From positions 16,455 through 80,454 of the forward strand of contig JACQRW010000007.1 in NCBI GenBank assembly GCA_016206285.1: DNA of 64,000 nt, written 5' to 3'. Under the pieces are notes generated by a model that worked only from the letters and a program-made list of their open reading frames with translations, had not been told where the DNA came from and made no database searches. A program made the translations under genes and the position numbers. Positions 39,889-49,982 of this stretch are shown here, piece by piece (the stretch's first letter is position 1; each line of letters opens with the position of its first letter). This stretch comes from Candidatus Sungiibacteriota bacterium (GTDB lineage: Bacteria > Patescibacteriota > Minisyncoccia > Sungbacterales > HO2-52-23).

Positions 39889-41016
39889 CTATACTGTACA
39901 TATCTCAAAACTCTTCCGGTACAATTCAAGATATTCGGCTTCGCTGTGGGGTTTTATTTCGGCAACCGTACGGCGGGCAGCATCTACAAATGCGCGCCGC
40001 TTTTCCGGATGGCGATAGAGATCAAGGACCGCATCCAGAAACGCCGGAGCGTCTCCAACCGGCACTACTCGGCCATTCACGCCGTCTTTGACCACCTCTC
40101 CGGCCAACCCTACATCCGTCATCACCAGCGACACTCCGGCCGCCATTGCTTCTATCGCAACCAATCCCCACCCTTCGTAGTTTGACGAAACCAACACAAT
40201 ATCGAAACATTTATAAAACGATGCAAGATCGTTGCGCCACGGTTCAATGAGAACATTTTTCTCCAATTGATAATTGATAATTGATAATTGATAATTTTTC
40301 CTGTCCGGTCCATCGCCGACCAGCACGAGTACCGTGCGAGGTTCTTGCTTCACCAACTCAGCCATCATCTCGATCAACATGCTGAAATTCTTTTCCTTGT
40401 CTACAAAACGCCCGACTGCGATCATACGAAAGGCATATTCTTTGAGACGGGACAGATCCTCAGCCTTGGGAGATGAATAAGAGAACGACGCAAGATCTGT
40501 ATATATCGGCAATACGGAAATTTTCGATTTCGGGATACGCAACCCGGCAAGCAATGAACGCTTGATGCGCTCGCTCACTACGCGTACGCAATCAGCCCGC
40601 GGGAGCAGAAATCGAGCCAGTAGAACACGAAAATATTCCTTCAGGGATGCCCGCCGGTACAGCGGATTCAAGACATCGGTATGCACTTGCAGCTGCAGTT
40701 TAATGCCAAAACGCCGGGAAATATGAAAAGCAATCAATCCGACTTCGTCAGGCCCTTGTGTGCTAACCACGTCAAAATGAACGGAGCGAGCAAGCGAACG
40801 CGCAATCGTACGCATGCGCCAGCGGCCCATAAATGGATTTTTAGCCGATGCCGGATACAGAAAAAGTTTCCCGCTTTGCTGATTTTCAGACTCGGGCCCT
40901 GCCAATACTACGACATGCAACTCATCAAAAAGCTCCGCATAGCGCTCTATGCGTTTTCGCGCGTTGCTTCCGGCAACGCAGATATTCGGGTCTTCTGAAA
41001 GCATTAAAATCTTCAT
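39889..41016 (-). CDS. Glycosyltransferase family 4 containing an in-frame heptamer repeat
   Basis: VGRF.DKEK, SNYEGWGLVAIEAMAAG. Confidence 0.9.
   Translation of the reverse strand: MKILMLSEDPNICVAGSNARKRIERYAELFDELHVVVLAGPESENQQSGKLFLYPASAKNPFMGRWRMRTIARSLARSVHFDVVSTQGPDEVGLIAFHISRRFGIKLQLQVHTDVLNPLYRRASLKEYFRVLLARFLLPRADCVRVVSERIKRSLLAGLRIPKSKISVLPIYTDLASFSYSSPKAEDLSRLKEYAFRMIAVGRFVDKEKNFSMLIEMMAELVKQEPRTVLVLVGDGPDRKNYQLSIINYQLEKNVLIEPWRNDLASFYKCFDIVLVSSNYEGWGLVAIEAMAAGVSLVMTDVGLAGEVVKDGVNGRVVPVGDAPAFLDAVLDLYRHPEKRRAFVDAARRTVAEIKPHSEAEYLELYRKSFEICTV
40265..40296. repeat. (AATTGAT)4.6 tandem repeat within a GT4 CDS
   Basis: Four perfect units plus AATT; translates as NYQLSIINYQL. Confidence 0.92.
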
Positions 41017-43250
41017 ATGTTTTTAAGCAGTGTTGAAATCTCGTTCAGCATTCGCGCAGTGGAAAATGATTCAGCTTTTTTCCGTGCACGCTCAGACAAC
41101 CTACCGGCGAAATGATGATCATTCAGAATTCGCATAACCGCAGCCTGCATTTGGCCAATATCGTTCCAATCGAAAAATAATCCAGTTTCTCCGTCCTGAA
41201 TGAGTTCAATATTTCCTCCGGCCCTGGTTGTGCAGATCGGAATACCGACTGCCATTGCCTCAAGCAGCGTGTGGGAAAACCCCTCGTAGGCAGTATTGAG
41301 TATAAAAATATCTCCCGCAACAAACGCCGCAAGCACATCCTCATGGGATAGATTGCCGGCAAGCGAAACAATTGCCTCTGTATGATACTCGTGAATCTTT
41401 TGAGCGAGAGATTCGCGCTCCGGACCACTGCCGATAATCACAATATGAATATCGGGAATATCCTTTTGTAGTTCTCTACCAAGCTCGATAAGGGCGTTAA
41501 AGCCCTTCCATGGCACAAGCCGGCCCACAGAAACGAGAACAGTCCCTACAAGACCAAGCTTTTTTCGCGCCTCATCTTTGGAAAGCGTACGCGCCGGAAG
41601 ATCAAACGCGTTATAAATCACCGTAATCCGTTCCGGTTCAATGCCCCATTGTGTTATAACATCCCGCAAATATTCGCTGGGTACCACAATCGCATCAGCA
41701 CGATTGGCGCTCCACTTTTGCAATCGGCGAAACAACTCCACTTTCCATCCGTATTTTTTCTTCAAAAATTGATCCAGCCGGTCAGATATGCCGAACCGCT
41801 GGCTGCCCTGCTCCCATGCGTAATCACCCACGATTTTAAGCACGAATTTCTTGCGAAGCAGTATTGCAGCCACGGCCACAGGAATCCCGACCGAAACCGG
41901 ATCTTGGGCAAAAATAACATCAGCATGAATGCTCTTTAAAAATACTTTCCAGAAATATGCGACATGACGGACCAGCTTCGGCATATGCCGCACGGTACGA
42001 AACGGCAACACCGTCACCGCAAGCCCGGCTTTTGGCAATTCCTCCTGCAGCAGCTTACTGTACGTCGCCGGCCCGCCGATTTCAGGCGGGAAAATTCCAG
42101 TGGCAATCAGAATATGCCTGCGAGCCGCCAACACCCGACCAAAGACCTCTTCATACTGTTTGGCAATCGAATCCCAAAGGAAGCGCTCTCGTACCATCTT
42201 ATTTCCGTTCTCAATAATTGATGTGCGTAACTGCGGATCATGCAGCAGGAGCATTATCTTTTCCGCGGCATCTTGCGAATCGTCCACATGCGCAAATAAT
42301 CCAGTTTTCCCATCGGCAATAATATCCGTGATCCCGCCCACCGGAGTACCGATGATAGGGAGACCCGCGGCAAGCGCCTCTACAAAAGAAACCCCCATGC
42401 CTTCGGACCGGGACAAACGCACAAAAATATCAGCCCGGGCAAGATGCGATGGCACGTCCGCAAAAGGAATGCTGCCTAAAAATTTGACCTCGTTTTCAAC
42501 TCCGAAATCCCGTGCAAGACGCTCAAGCGCCATCCTATCCGGCCCGTCTCCAAGAATATGGCACTGGATGAGTTTGACAGTCTTTTTTAACAGAGCAATT
42601 GCGTGAATAAGCGTATCAACGCCGTTTTTTTCCACTAAGCGCGAGGTAGTGATGATAACAGGCGCAGTGATTGAAGTCTCACTTCGATCAAATTTCGGGG
42701 TAAATTTTTCAATGGTGACACCGTTATGGATGGTATCAATCACGCCTTCATAGCCATAGGCACGGGCGACATTTCCCAGATATGAAGAAATAACAGTGAC
42801 TCCGTCCGCGTGATTTAGCATCTGCCGAAGTGCCGCGCCGATCATGCCAAGTCTGCCCGACGCAAGCCGGCTATCGCCGTACCCGTATTGGATATTAAGA
42901 ACAAACGGGCATCGGGGCAGCAGTATTTTACAAAACAAAGCGGCAACGGAACCTTGTGAAATATCTACTCCCAATAATACGGCCTTCTCTCCTTTGCCGA
43001 TATTCCGCCAAGCAACAATACAACCCAAAAATGGCAGGAGCCACTTATCCAGTCCGGAGCCAAAGCCCACCCTGATCACATTTCCTTCGGCACGAGCCTC
43101 GCGCTTTGGGAGAGCGCGGGAAAACCTGGCCGTCACAATAGAAACATCAAATGTATCCTGAAGTCTTAAGCTTATTTCCTTGATTGCCGTCTCAACCCCT
43201 CCGACAAAGGGATAATATGCGGTCGTGAAAATAATAAGTTTTCTTTTCAT
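41013..43250 (-). CDS. Tandem double-domain GT4 glycosyltransferase
   Basis: Two GT4 modules: SRSEGMGVSFVEALAAG and YEGFSHTLLEAMAVG. Confidence 0.9.
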   Translation of the reverse strand: MKRKLIIFTTAYYPFVGGVETAIKEISLRLQDTFDVSIVTARFSRALPKREARAEGNVIRVGFGSGLDKWLLPFLGCIVAWRNIGKGEKAVLLGVDISQGSVAALFCKILLPRCPFVLNIQYGYGDSRLASGRLGMIGAALRQMLNHADGVTVISSYLGNVARAYGYEGVIDTIHNGVTIEKFTPKFDRSETSITAPVIITTSRLVEKNGVDTLIHAIALLKKTVKLIQCHILGDGPDRMALERLARDFGVENEVKFLGSIPFADVPSHLARADIFVRLSRSEGMGVSFVEALAAGLPIIGTPVGGITDIIADGKTGLFAHVDDSQDAAEKIMLLLHDPQLRTSIIENGNKMVRERFLWDSIAKQYEEVFGRVLAARRHILIATGIFPPEIGGPATYSKLLQEELPKAGLAVTVLPFRTVRHMPKLVRHVAYFWKVFLKSIHADVIFAQDPVSVGIPVAVAAILLRKKFVLKIVGDYAWEQGSQRFGISDRLDQFLKKKYGWKVELFRRLQKWSANRADAIVVPSEYLRDVITQWGIEPERITVIYNAFDLPARTLSKDEARKKLGLVGTVLVSVGRLVPWKGFNALIELGRELQKDIPDIHIVIIGSGPERESLAQKIHEYHTEAIVSLAGNLSHEDVLAAFVAGDIFILNTAYEGFSHTLLEAMAVGIPICTTRAGGNIELIQDGETGLFFDWNDIGQMQAAVMRILNDHHFAGRLSERARKKAESFSTARMLNEISTLLKNI

Positions 43251-44659
43251 GAGATGAGAAAATGCTTCACGAAGAAAAACCCGATTGCGCCAAGCGCGCT
43301 TAGTCCGATTGCTCCGGCAAACATCATCCGGGATGAAACGGAAAACCCTGCCGCAATTGCCGCGGGATTGTGAGACTCATTGTGTATATTCTGTGAAGCG
43401 GCGCTTTCATCAGGCGCAAAATCCATGGGATGCGATGCTTCTTGAGACTGCGGTACGGCGCTTTTCGGTGAGGAAGCGCCCGCCGTAAGATTTGCCGCTG
43501 ACGCGTTTTGAATCTTTGCCGGCTGGGAGGATGTTGCTATGGATCCGGCAGGACTGTTTGGAGTCTCCGGCTCAATATACGAAAGGGCGATCGTGCCATT
43601 CGGATACTGAATCGTAAGCGAATTCCGCACTCCGGCCATAAGAAGTCCGGTCACCGCATTGGAGAGCGACAGATCTCCCCCGGCCGCAATTTTGGTCTTT
43701 GGGGGAATAAAAAACTCCTTATGTGACCCGTCTTCGATGATCCAATCGCCAATATCTACTTCTGTTTTAAGCGGATTAACAAGCTGTATATATCCCTCTC
43801 CTCCGGATACAACGCGGCCAACACGCATTTGGTTCTCAAGCACCCGGACTGTCGCATAGTCAGAAGACGAGTATTCACCCGAAGAAACATGCAGTCCCAC
43901 AATATACGTGCCGGGAATGCGAAAAATATGCTCGATAACTTTCCCCTCCTGCGTCTCACCATCGCCGAAATTCCACCAGAAACGCGCAGGAGCCAGGGGC
44001 TCTTTTTTAAGCCCCAGCGCAATGCCCCTGAACTCAACCAGCGAACCTGCGGTTGACGTCTGATCCGAGCCTGCATCAACGCTGATCTGTGCGTTGGAAG
44101 AAATTGCCGGAGCAGATGCAGAAGGCGGTGGCGCAGCTCCGACGCTTCCGGTCGGAGCCCCGACCCCCTGCCCCGACGGTACCGTCGGGGTGAAGGGCGT
44201 CGGGGGAGTAAGAACACTGCTCGACCCGTCATTGGATACGGTAATCGCCTGACTGGTTGTCCATGATGTTCCCGATTCCTTGCCGCGTGCTTTTACCGTA
44301 AGCATATAAAGCCCCGGAGTGGAATCTCTGTAATAGAACGAGCGGTTTGCAGTTCCTTTGCTCATCACCCACGCACTCACGGGACTTGAACTTGCGTTCA
44401 CAAACTCTCCAGTTGAAGACGTCGAAGAAAATTCCAGATAAATAGTCTCTATGCTTTTGATTTCCTTGTCGTTCACATCCTGTGCCTGAATGGTCAGAGC
44501 GCCTGAACGTTTTGCCGGCTGTACGGTTTGCGGCTCTGTGGTAAATATGAAATGCGTAATTTCAGAAGCGGCAAAGACGCTTCCGGCAAAAGATACTATA
44601 TACACAAAAAGGAAAACAGCCAGAAGCTGTTTTCCTAAATTGCGCGCTCCTATTCCCAT
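43247..44659 (-). CDS. Exported PKD + lamin-tail-like protein with C-terminal TM anchor
   Basis: Signal peptide, WNFGDG PKD motif, IQLVN...DIGDWII LTD-like motif, P/S/T linkers, C-terminal hydrophobic helix. Confidence 0.75.
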   Translation of the reverse strand: MGIGARNLGKQLLAVFLFVYIVSFAGSVFAASEITHFIFTTEPQTVQPAKRSGALTIQAQDVNDKEIKSIETIYLEFSSTSSTGEFVNASSSPVSAWVMSKGTANRSFYYRDSTPGLYMLTVKARGKESGTSWTTSQAITVSNDGSSSVLTPPTPFTPTVPSGQGVGAPTGSVGAAPPPSASAPAISSNAQISVDAGSDQTSTAGSLVEFRGIALGLKKEPLAPARFWWNFGDGETQEGKVIEHIFRIPGTYIVGLHVSSGEYSSSDYATVRVLENQMRVGRVVSGGEGYIQLVNPLKTEVDIGDWIIEDGSHKEFFIPPKTKIAAGGDLSLSNAVTGLLMAGVRNSLTIQYPNGTIALSYIEPETPNSPAGSIATSSQPAKIQNASAANLTAGASSPKSAVPQSQEASHPMDFAPDESAASQNIHNESHNPAAIAAGFSVSSRMMFAGAIGLSALGAIGFFFVKHFLIS

Positions 44660-44675
44660 ATCGAAGACCCGGAGA

Positions 44676-45428
44676 TTATTTCGCCTCGCGCTCATGCAGA
44701 CGCACAAGCGCTTTTTGCAAATTGGCATCATCAGGATTTGCCGCAATCCCCTGTTTCAAAACCTGCTCTGCCTGTGCCGCCTTTTCTTTGTAGAAAAAGA
44801 TATACAGATCGGAGAGTCCAAGATATCCCATGACATTTTTTGGTTCGGCCTTGATGGCGCCCTGATAGTTTTTTTCGGCCTTAGGATAGTCTTTCAGATA
44901 ATTCGTATACAGATCGCCCAAGTTCAGAAATGCGGTTGCTTCGCGCGGACGCGCGATGGTCACATAAATCCAGATATCCCGTGCGCCTTCATAGTCTTCA
45001 ATGGTTTTTTTAAGAATGGCTGTCTGAAGCCATGCCGCTATATATTCAGGACTTTCTTTGGCCATCTTGGCATACTTTCGGATATTTGCCGAGATATCAT
45101 CCCTATGCGCGACGCTCATGGATTGGAGTGCGGCCTGTCCGAATCTCACTTCGTCAAGAGGCCGACCGCGATATGCGACAACGGATTGGGTATGAGGGGT
45201 TCCGGAAGCGCCAGGAACACCCTGATCTGGCATATTACCGGACGAAGAAGTGGCAGTCTGGTCGCTGGAAATTTTTGATTGATCTGTTGATGGTGTTGAG
45301 GTTGATTCTATACCCTTATTTTCTTCCTGAACTTTCAAGGCGGAAGGAAAAATACTTGCGCGAAAGATAAACCCCGCGCCAACCAGCAACGCAATGACAA
45401 TTCCAATAATAATTTCTTTATATTGCAT
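44676..45428 (-). CDS. Membrane-anchored TPR protein
   Basis: N-terminal TM; AFLNLGDLY...AEKNYQGAIKAEP TPR pattern. Confidence 0.75.
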   Translation of the reverse strand: MQYKEIIIGIVIALLVGAGFIFRASIFPSALKVQEENKGIESTSTPSTDQSKISSDQTATSSSGNMPDQGVPGASGTPHTQSVVAYRGRPLDEVRFGQAALQSMSVAHRDDISANIRKYAKMAKESPEYIAAWLQTAILKKTIEDYEGARDIWIYVTIARPREATAFLNLGDLYTNYLKDYPKAEKNYQGAIKAEPKNVMGYLGLSDLYIFFYKEKAAQAEQVLKQGIAANPDDANLQKALVRLHEREAK

Positions 45429-45465
45429 ACAATCATGCTACCATAGCCGGCCAACAATGGTCAAA

Positions 45466-45492
45466 CAAAAATCCCCCCGAAGGGGGATTTTG
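45466..45492 (-). terminator. Intrinsic terminator of the S-layer-like gene
   Basis: AAAAUCCCCC-UUCG-GGGGGAUUUUU on the minus strand. Confidence 0.85.
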
Positions 45493-45518
45493 CACTCACA
45501 CACAAGGATTGTGAGATT

Positions 45519-48500
45519 TTACTGAGACTGCAAGCTCTCCTGTGTCGTACCGATTGCAGGCAGACCCTTGACCTGATATCCGTTGGTGAAATCAAGATCC
45601 TGGATCGTATTCTGCGTGGTGGTTGACACTGGCGACCAGATGAACGCATTGTTTGTGTCTGCATCCACCGAGCTGGTCACTGCCGTGCTGCCCTGGCTTC
45701 CTGCTTTCGACATGAGCGTTGCCGTGTTTACCGGATACGCCGAGTCACCTCTCAAGTTAACCGTAATGGTGTCCTTGCTGTTGGTGTTTGTCGAAACATT
45801 TGCCGCGGTTGCACGAAGCTGGAAGTAGCGTGTCGAACCATTCGGGACGATATAAGTCGTCGTTGCGCTGCTGTTGCAGCTTGTCTTGTCAGGATAGATC
45901 GAGATCGTTCTCGGACCCGCTGCGGTTGAAGACAACCCGTTGAAGCAGGTACCTGCGTTGACCAAACCGGTTGCGGAGAATGTCGAGTCAATCGTCGAGA
46001 ATCCTGAGTCAGTGTACGCATATACTGCATACGCGGAGGTCGTCGCCATGAGCGATGAGGAACCGATAGCAAACGAGAACTTATACAGTGCTACGTCGCC
46101 ATTCTGAGCTTTTACGCTGAACTTGTAGAGAATGTTGTCTGCTTTGCTGCTGACAATCTTCTCTGCGGAGCTCAATGCAATATAGCTTACGATCGGATAT
46201 GACCTCATGATCCGTACTCCGGCTGATGCCGAATCCGCGCTGGTCGGGGTAATGGTAGCTCCTGATGCAACACCGGTTCCGTAGTTACCGTTTACGCCGT
46301 TGTTTCCTCCGTCGTAATCAACAATCAACAGATCTCCGGATGCGGTCAGGTTTGCGCTCGGACCGATTGCCGAGATATCACCCTTGATGACCAAAGTCTT
46401 AGATCCGCCTTTTGGAATACGGAATGCTCCTGCCGTGATCAAGCTTGATGTCGCGTTGTCTCCTGATCCGAATGATGCGGTTCCGACAAGCGCCATGGTG
46501 TCTGCATCGTACAGAGACACTTTGTTGTCGGCCAAATCGTTCGGGGTGTTTGAAGCAACACCGGTCAATTGCAGCGCAATCTGCTTGACATCGACATCTT
46601 CATTCACTGCGCTGTACTTGATGCGCGCGAGTTCAACTCCGGTTGTGCCTCCCGTGACAATCGCGTAGCCCGGGCTGTTGGTGTCAAGTACTGTCGAGAG
46701 AGTTCCGCCCGATGATGCCGTCATTTGCTGGCCTGCCGCATCGGTGAATGTCTCGGCAATAGTTTGTCCGCTGCCCAAGCCAGTCACTCCGGTAAAGGAT
46801 GCGTTCTGTCCCGCATCAATACCCCACTGGTACACTCCGGTTGATCCGCTGCGGACATCACACTTCATGGAGAGCGTCTTTGAGTTCCCCTTGGCCAAGA
46901 CCAAGCCAGTTCCGTCAAAGGTAATGCTCGTGGAAGATGCAGTGTCGGTTGATACCGGATTCTTCTTATTGCTGCTGTTTACTGAAGTGGTTCCGTCATA
47001 GAGCTGACAATTGGTCAGATCGTTGCGGTTTCCTGAAACTGCGTTGAAGTAAAGCGGGATTGATACCACGCGCACATCTTCTCCGGATGCTGTCGTGTCA
47101 AAGATGTAGCGTGCGAATTCAAACTGCAAGGATCCTGCGATCACGGTCTGCGCAACCGGTACGGTTGCGACGTTTACCGTCAAGGCGCCGGTCTTTACCG
47201 TCATGGTGTTCATGGCGATTGCCGCTGCCGGTGACGGGGTGATCGAGTTGCCGCTGTTCTGACCTTTTGCCGAAGCAAAGTCAGTGCTTGGGGTGGTTGA
47301 TGCCTGGATCGTGACGTTGTTGGTTATGTCAGATCCCACCTTACCTTTGAGGGTATAGGTGTGAAGACCAACCGGGAAGGTAATGCTCGTTGAGAATACC
47401 AACACACCGTCAGCAGAACCGCCTGTATCAGTCGTGTCAGATGCGTTTCCGTCAACCGGACCGCCAATGACACTGCCGTTTTCGTCAACCAATGAAACGT
47501 TGGTCAGATCATCTACATCCATCGTAGCAACTGTCTCATCAACAAGCGTTACGTTGAATGCCACTTTGGTTACCGTGATCGGCTCACCCTTTACATCCGT
47601 AGTAAATGCTCCCAATGGAACATTGTTTACGTTTACGGCAATGTTTTGGGCAGCTACCGCGTTTGAAGTGCTGACGCTGATCGTACCTGCGGATACGGTT
47701 ACCGTACCGCCGGCATACCATGGATCCTCACTCGAAGTGAAGTTCGGGCTGGTGTGATCAGCAGCTGCCGTGCCGGTCTGCGGAGGCATAATGCCGAATC
47801 CGTAGGTCTGGCCGTTCAAGCCGATGTCAACACGTTTTGCGATATCGAAGATAATGGTGCGTCCGGATCCTCCGATAATGTCACCCTTGATCGAAAGTTC
47901 CTTTGAAAATCCCTTGTCGATCAAAAGTCCCTGACCGCTGTTGTCGGTAAATGTCGTTGTATAGTACTTGCCATCCGAGCTGACCACCGCGTCATATGCG
48001 ACGCCGTCTACATAGGTCTTGACGTTAGCAAGATCTCCTGATGCAACCGATCCAGTCTGGTTCCAGCGGATGTACTTGAGATATACCTTTTCCGCAGATC
48101 CTGCAGTTACGCGGACTGCTGAAAATGTGTATGCAAGCTCACCGATGTTTTTCGTGATCGCCGCACCCGGATCAGTTGATCCGCGCTGCATGCTAACCGT
48201 TCCGATTGAGACCGTACTGTTGTAGGTCTGGCCATTGCCGACAATCGGTGCTGTTGCGGAAACACCGTTTACTGCGGTTGTTCCTGCGTTTACTCCAACC
48301 AAAGCAATCTGAATCACCTGGCCGTTGTATGAGCTGTTTGCCGCAACCATGTTACCTGCAAGGGTAAGTGTTCGCGTGCTGCCAGCTTTTACTACTACCG
48401 GTTCATTCAATAATGCCTGATGAAGCGAGTTCAAAGTCTTGGAAAGGCCGAGCTGCGCTCCGTTCTCATCCAGCAATACTACGCTATCAAGCGCCGCATC

Positions 48501-49202
48501 GTTGGAAGGTCCTTTGCGCTCTACGGTGAGACCGGTAATGGTTACATCACCGTCTGCAGAAGCCATAAATTTGACTCGGGTAAACGGTACGCGTGCCGCT
48601 CCGCCCGGAGCAAGGTTTGCAACCGGCTGGTTTGCGTCAAGCATGACGCTCAATCCCGTTGCTACCGGTGTTACCGGCGTTGCAGGCGTTCCCGGGACAC
48701 CCGGGACACCTGGAACTCCTGGAATACCCGGTGTTGCCGGTGTCGGCGGAGTTGGTACCTGTGCTACCTGCGCATTGTATGCTGCGCGCGATATCGGTCC
48801 GAAGTATCCGGCTGCCGGAGAAACTCCTGCCGCTACCTGCCATTTAGCTACTGCGGCTCTGGTCAGGACACCAAAGTATCCGGTTGCCGCCACATTCAGA
48901 TACCCTCCTGCAATCAAGGTGTTTTGAAGGCAAGTGACATCATCTCCCCGAGATCCGACTGTCAGACTCCGGGTGAAGGTGCACTTTGCCCCGGTCATTG
49001 CGCCAGTTCCCGTACCCTGCTGCAATGCCGCGATCTGTGCTTGGAGCGCCGCGATCTGTGCCATCAGCGATTCGATGGTAACAGTCTGTGCGACTGCAGC
49101 CAACGGCATGATGATCGCCGCTCCTGAAATCGTGATGGCCGTTGCCAATGCCGCAACTTTCTTAAGTCCGCGGCTGCCACCACTAAAGGATAATATATTC
49201 AT
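45519..49202 (-). CDS. Large Ser/Thr-rich secreted surface (S-layer-like) protein with peptidoglycan-binding domain
   Basis: Signal peptide, coiled coil, FTRSLTVGSRGDDV..LQ...TGYFG.LTRAAV..WQ PG-binding motif, PGV repeat linker, repeated beta-rich modules; own terminator and long leader. Confidence 0.8.
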   Translation of the reverse strand: MNILSFSGGSRGLKKVAALATAITISGAAIIMPLAAVAQTVTIESLMAQIAALQAQIAALQQGTGTGAMTGAKCTFTRSLTVGSRGDDVTCLQNTLIAGGYLNVAATGYFGVLTRAAVAKWQVAAGVSPAAGYFGPISRAAYNAQVAQVPTPPTPATPGIPGVPGVPGVPGTPATPVTPVATGLSVMLDANQPVANLAPGGAARVPFTRVKFMASADGDVTITGLTVERKGPSNDAALDSVVLLDENGAQLGLSKTLNSLHQALLNEPVVVKAGSTRTLTLAGNMVAANSSYNGQVIQIALVGVNAGTTAVNGVSATAPIVGNGQTYNSTVSIGTVSMQRGSTDPGAAITKNIGELAYTFSAVRVTAGSAEKVYLKYIRWNQTGSVASGDLANVKTYVDGVAYDAVVSSDGKYYTTTFTDNSGQGLLIDKGFSKELSIKGDIIGGSGRTIIFDIAKRVDIGLNGQTYGFGIMPPQTGTAAADHTSPNFTSSEDPWYAGGTVTVSAGTISVSTSNAVAAQNIAVNVNNVPLGAFTTDVKGEPITVTKVAFNVTLVDETVATMDVDDLTNVSLVDENGSVIGGPVDGNASDTTDTGGSADGVLVFSTSITFPVGLHTYTLKGKVGSDITNNVTIQASTTPSTDFASAKGQNSGNSITPSPAAAIAMNTMTVKTGALTVNVATVPVAQTVIAGSLQFEFARYIFDTTASGEDVRVVSIPLYFNAVSGNRNDLTNCQLYDGTTSVNSSNKKNPVSTDTASSTSITFDGTGLVLAKGNSKTLSMKCDVRSGSTGVYQWGIDAGQNASFTGVTGLGSGQTIAETFTDAAGQQMTASSGGTLSTVLDTNSPGYAIVTGGTTGVELARIKYSAVNEDVDVKQIALQLTGVASNTPNDLADNKVSLYDADTMALVGTASFGSGDNATSSLITAGAFRIPKGGSKTLVIKGDISAIGPSANLTASGDLLIVDYDGGNNGVNGNYGTGVASGATITPTSADSASAGVRIMRSYPIVSYIALSSAEKIVSSKADNILYKFSVKAQNGDVALYKFSFAIGSSSLMATTSAYAVYAYTDSGFSTIDSTFSATGLVNAGTCFNGLSSTAAGPRTISIYPDKTSCNSSATTTYIVPNGSTRYFQLRATAANVSTNTNSKDTITVNLRGDSAYPVNTATLMSKAGSQGSTAVTSSVDADTNNAFIWSPVSTTTQNTIQDLDFTNGYQVKGLPAIGTTQESLQSQ

Positions 49203-49289
49203 AATGTTCGTATATTTTGCCATCCGCTGGCAGAACAAAAGATTATTAAAGATTTTTGCTTTGCCCCGGACAACGTTACTAACAGAAAC

Positions 49290-49509
49290 TTTTTTCTGTC
49301 TCTTCCTGTTTCAGTAAAGACAGAAAAAGCTTCGTGCCTCTGAACGCTTCACTTCTTATCCTTGTCGACGAACTGGATTTGAGATGAAGCGTATTTTGAT
49401 TTGAATAATGAAGAAGAAAAACTTTGGAGCCAAGTTCCCCTCATCCAGCCCCTATTTTCAACAGCAAGCTCAACATCACCAAACCTTGCGGCTGAAAATA
49501 GGAGCTGGA
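49290..49509 (-). ncRNA. Candidate structured 5' leader of the S-layer-like gene
   Basis: Three long stems: 49291-49328, 49344-49392 and 49444-49509 (the last gains G-U pairs on the minus strand). Confidence 0.45.
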
Positions 49510-49774
49510 CTTAAGGAGATCGACCGAATCTTGAAGCCCCAAGTAAGGAAACCTCCAACTGCGTTCGATATCTCAATTCCTTGTTTTCTCAATTGTCAAT
49601 GTTCTCTCCGATCAGCCAGTGACTTCCATGCATCCCATATAATAAGAAACGTTCCAAAATTGTAACCTTTCTTATTATATGAGTGCGGGACTTTTTCTGA
49701 TATACGTAAACCAAACCAAAAATGGCTTTCTTAAAAATTAGATGTAATCAGGCGTTCCACATACTTATATCATA

Positions 49775-49802
49775 AGTATACTGTTCTCACAAGCATGCGC
49801 AA
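49775..49802 (-). promoter_or_regulatory. Candidate promoter for the S-layer-like gene
   Basis: TTGCGC-N16-TATACT. Confidence 0.4.
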
Positions 49803-49808
49803 GTGCAC

Positions 49809-49919
49809 TTATCCACAAAAAGTATTTCCCTTAGATATCATGCAAATTGCGCTTATTTTCGAACTCTCTCCAGTATAGAGCCAGCTGCCTTGTTCGACAA
49901 GCCCTGGCCCTGTGGATAA
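49809..49919. promoter_or_regulatory. Two perfect DnaA boxes in opposite orientation
   Basis: TTATCCACA at 49809-49817 and TGTGGATAA at 49911-49919; a third at 52954-52962. Confidence 0.55.
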
Positions 49920-49982
49920 CATATATCATGCTTGCATATACACTCATTTGCGCCCATTTATAGAGCCTCTTAAGAGAGTATC

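Noticed and set aside
48655-48760. 9-bp-period repeat in the S-layer-like gene
   Set aside because: Degenerate codons of a PGV/PAT protein linker; a protein-level repeat.
49408-49665. 85-aa ORF in the S-layer leader
   Set aside because: No motif or RBS, and it overlaps hairpins better explained as RNA structure on the opposite strand.
49809-49919. oriC
   Set aside because: Only two boxes ~100 bp apart, no dnaA/dnaN nearby, and skew cannot be evaluated from this window.
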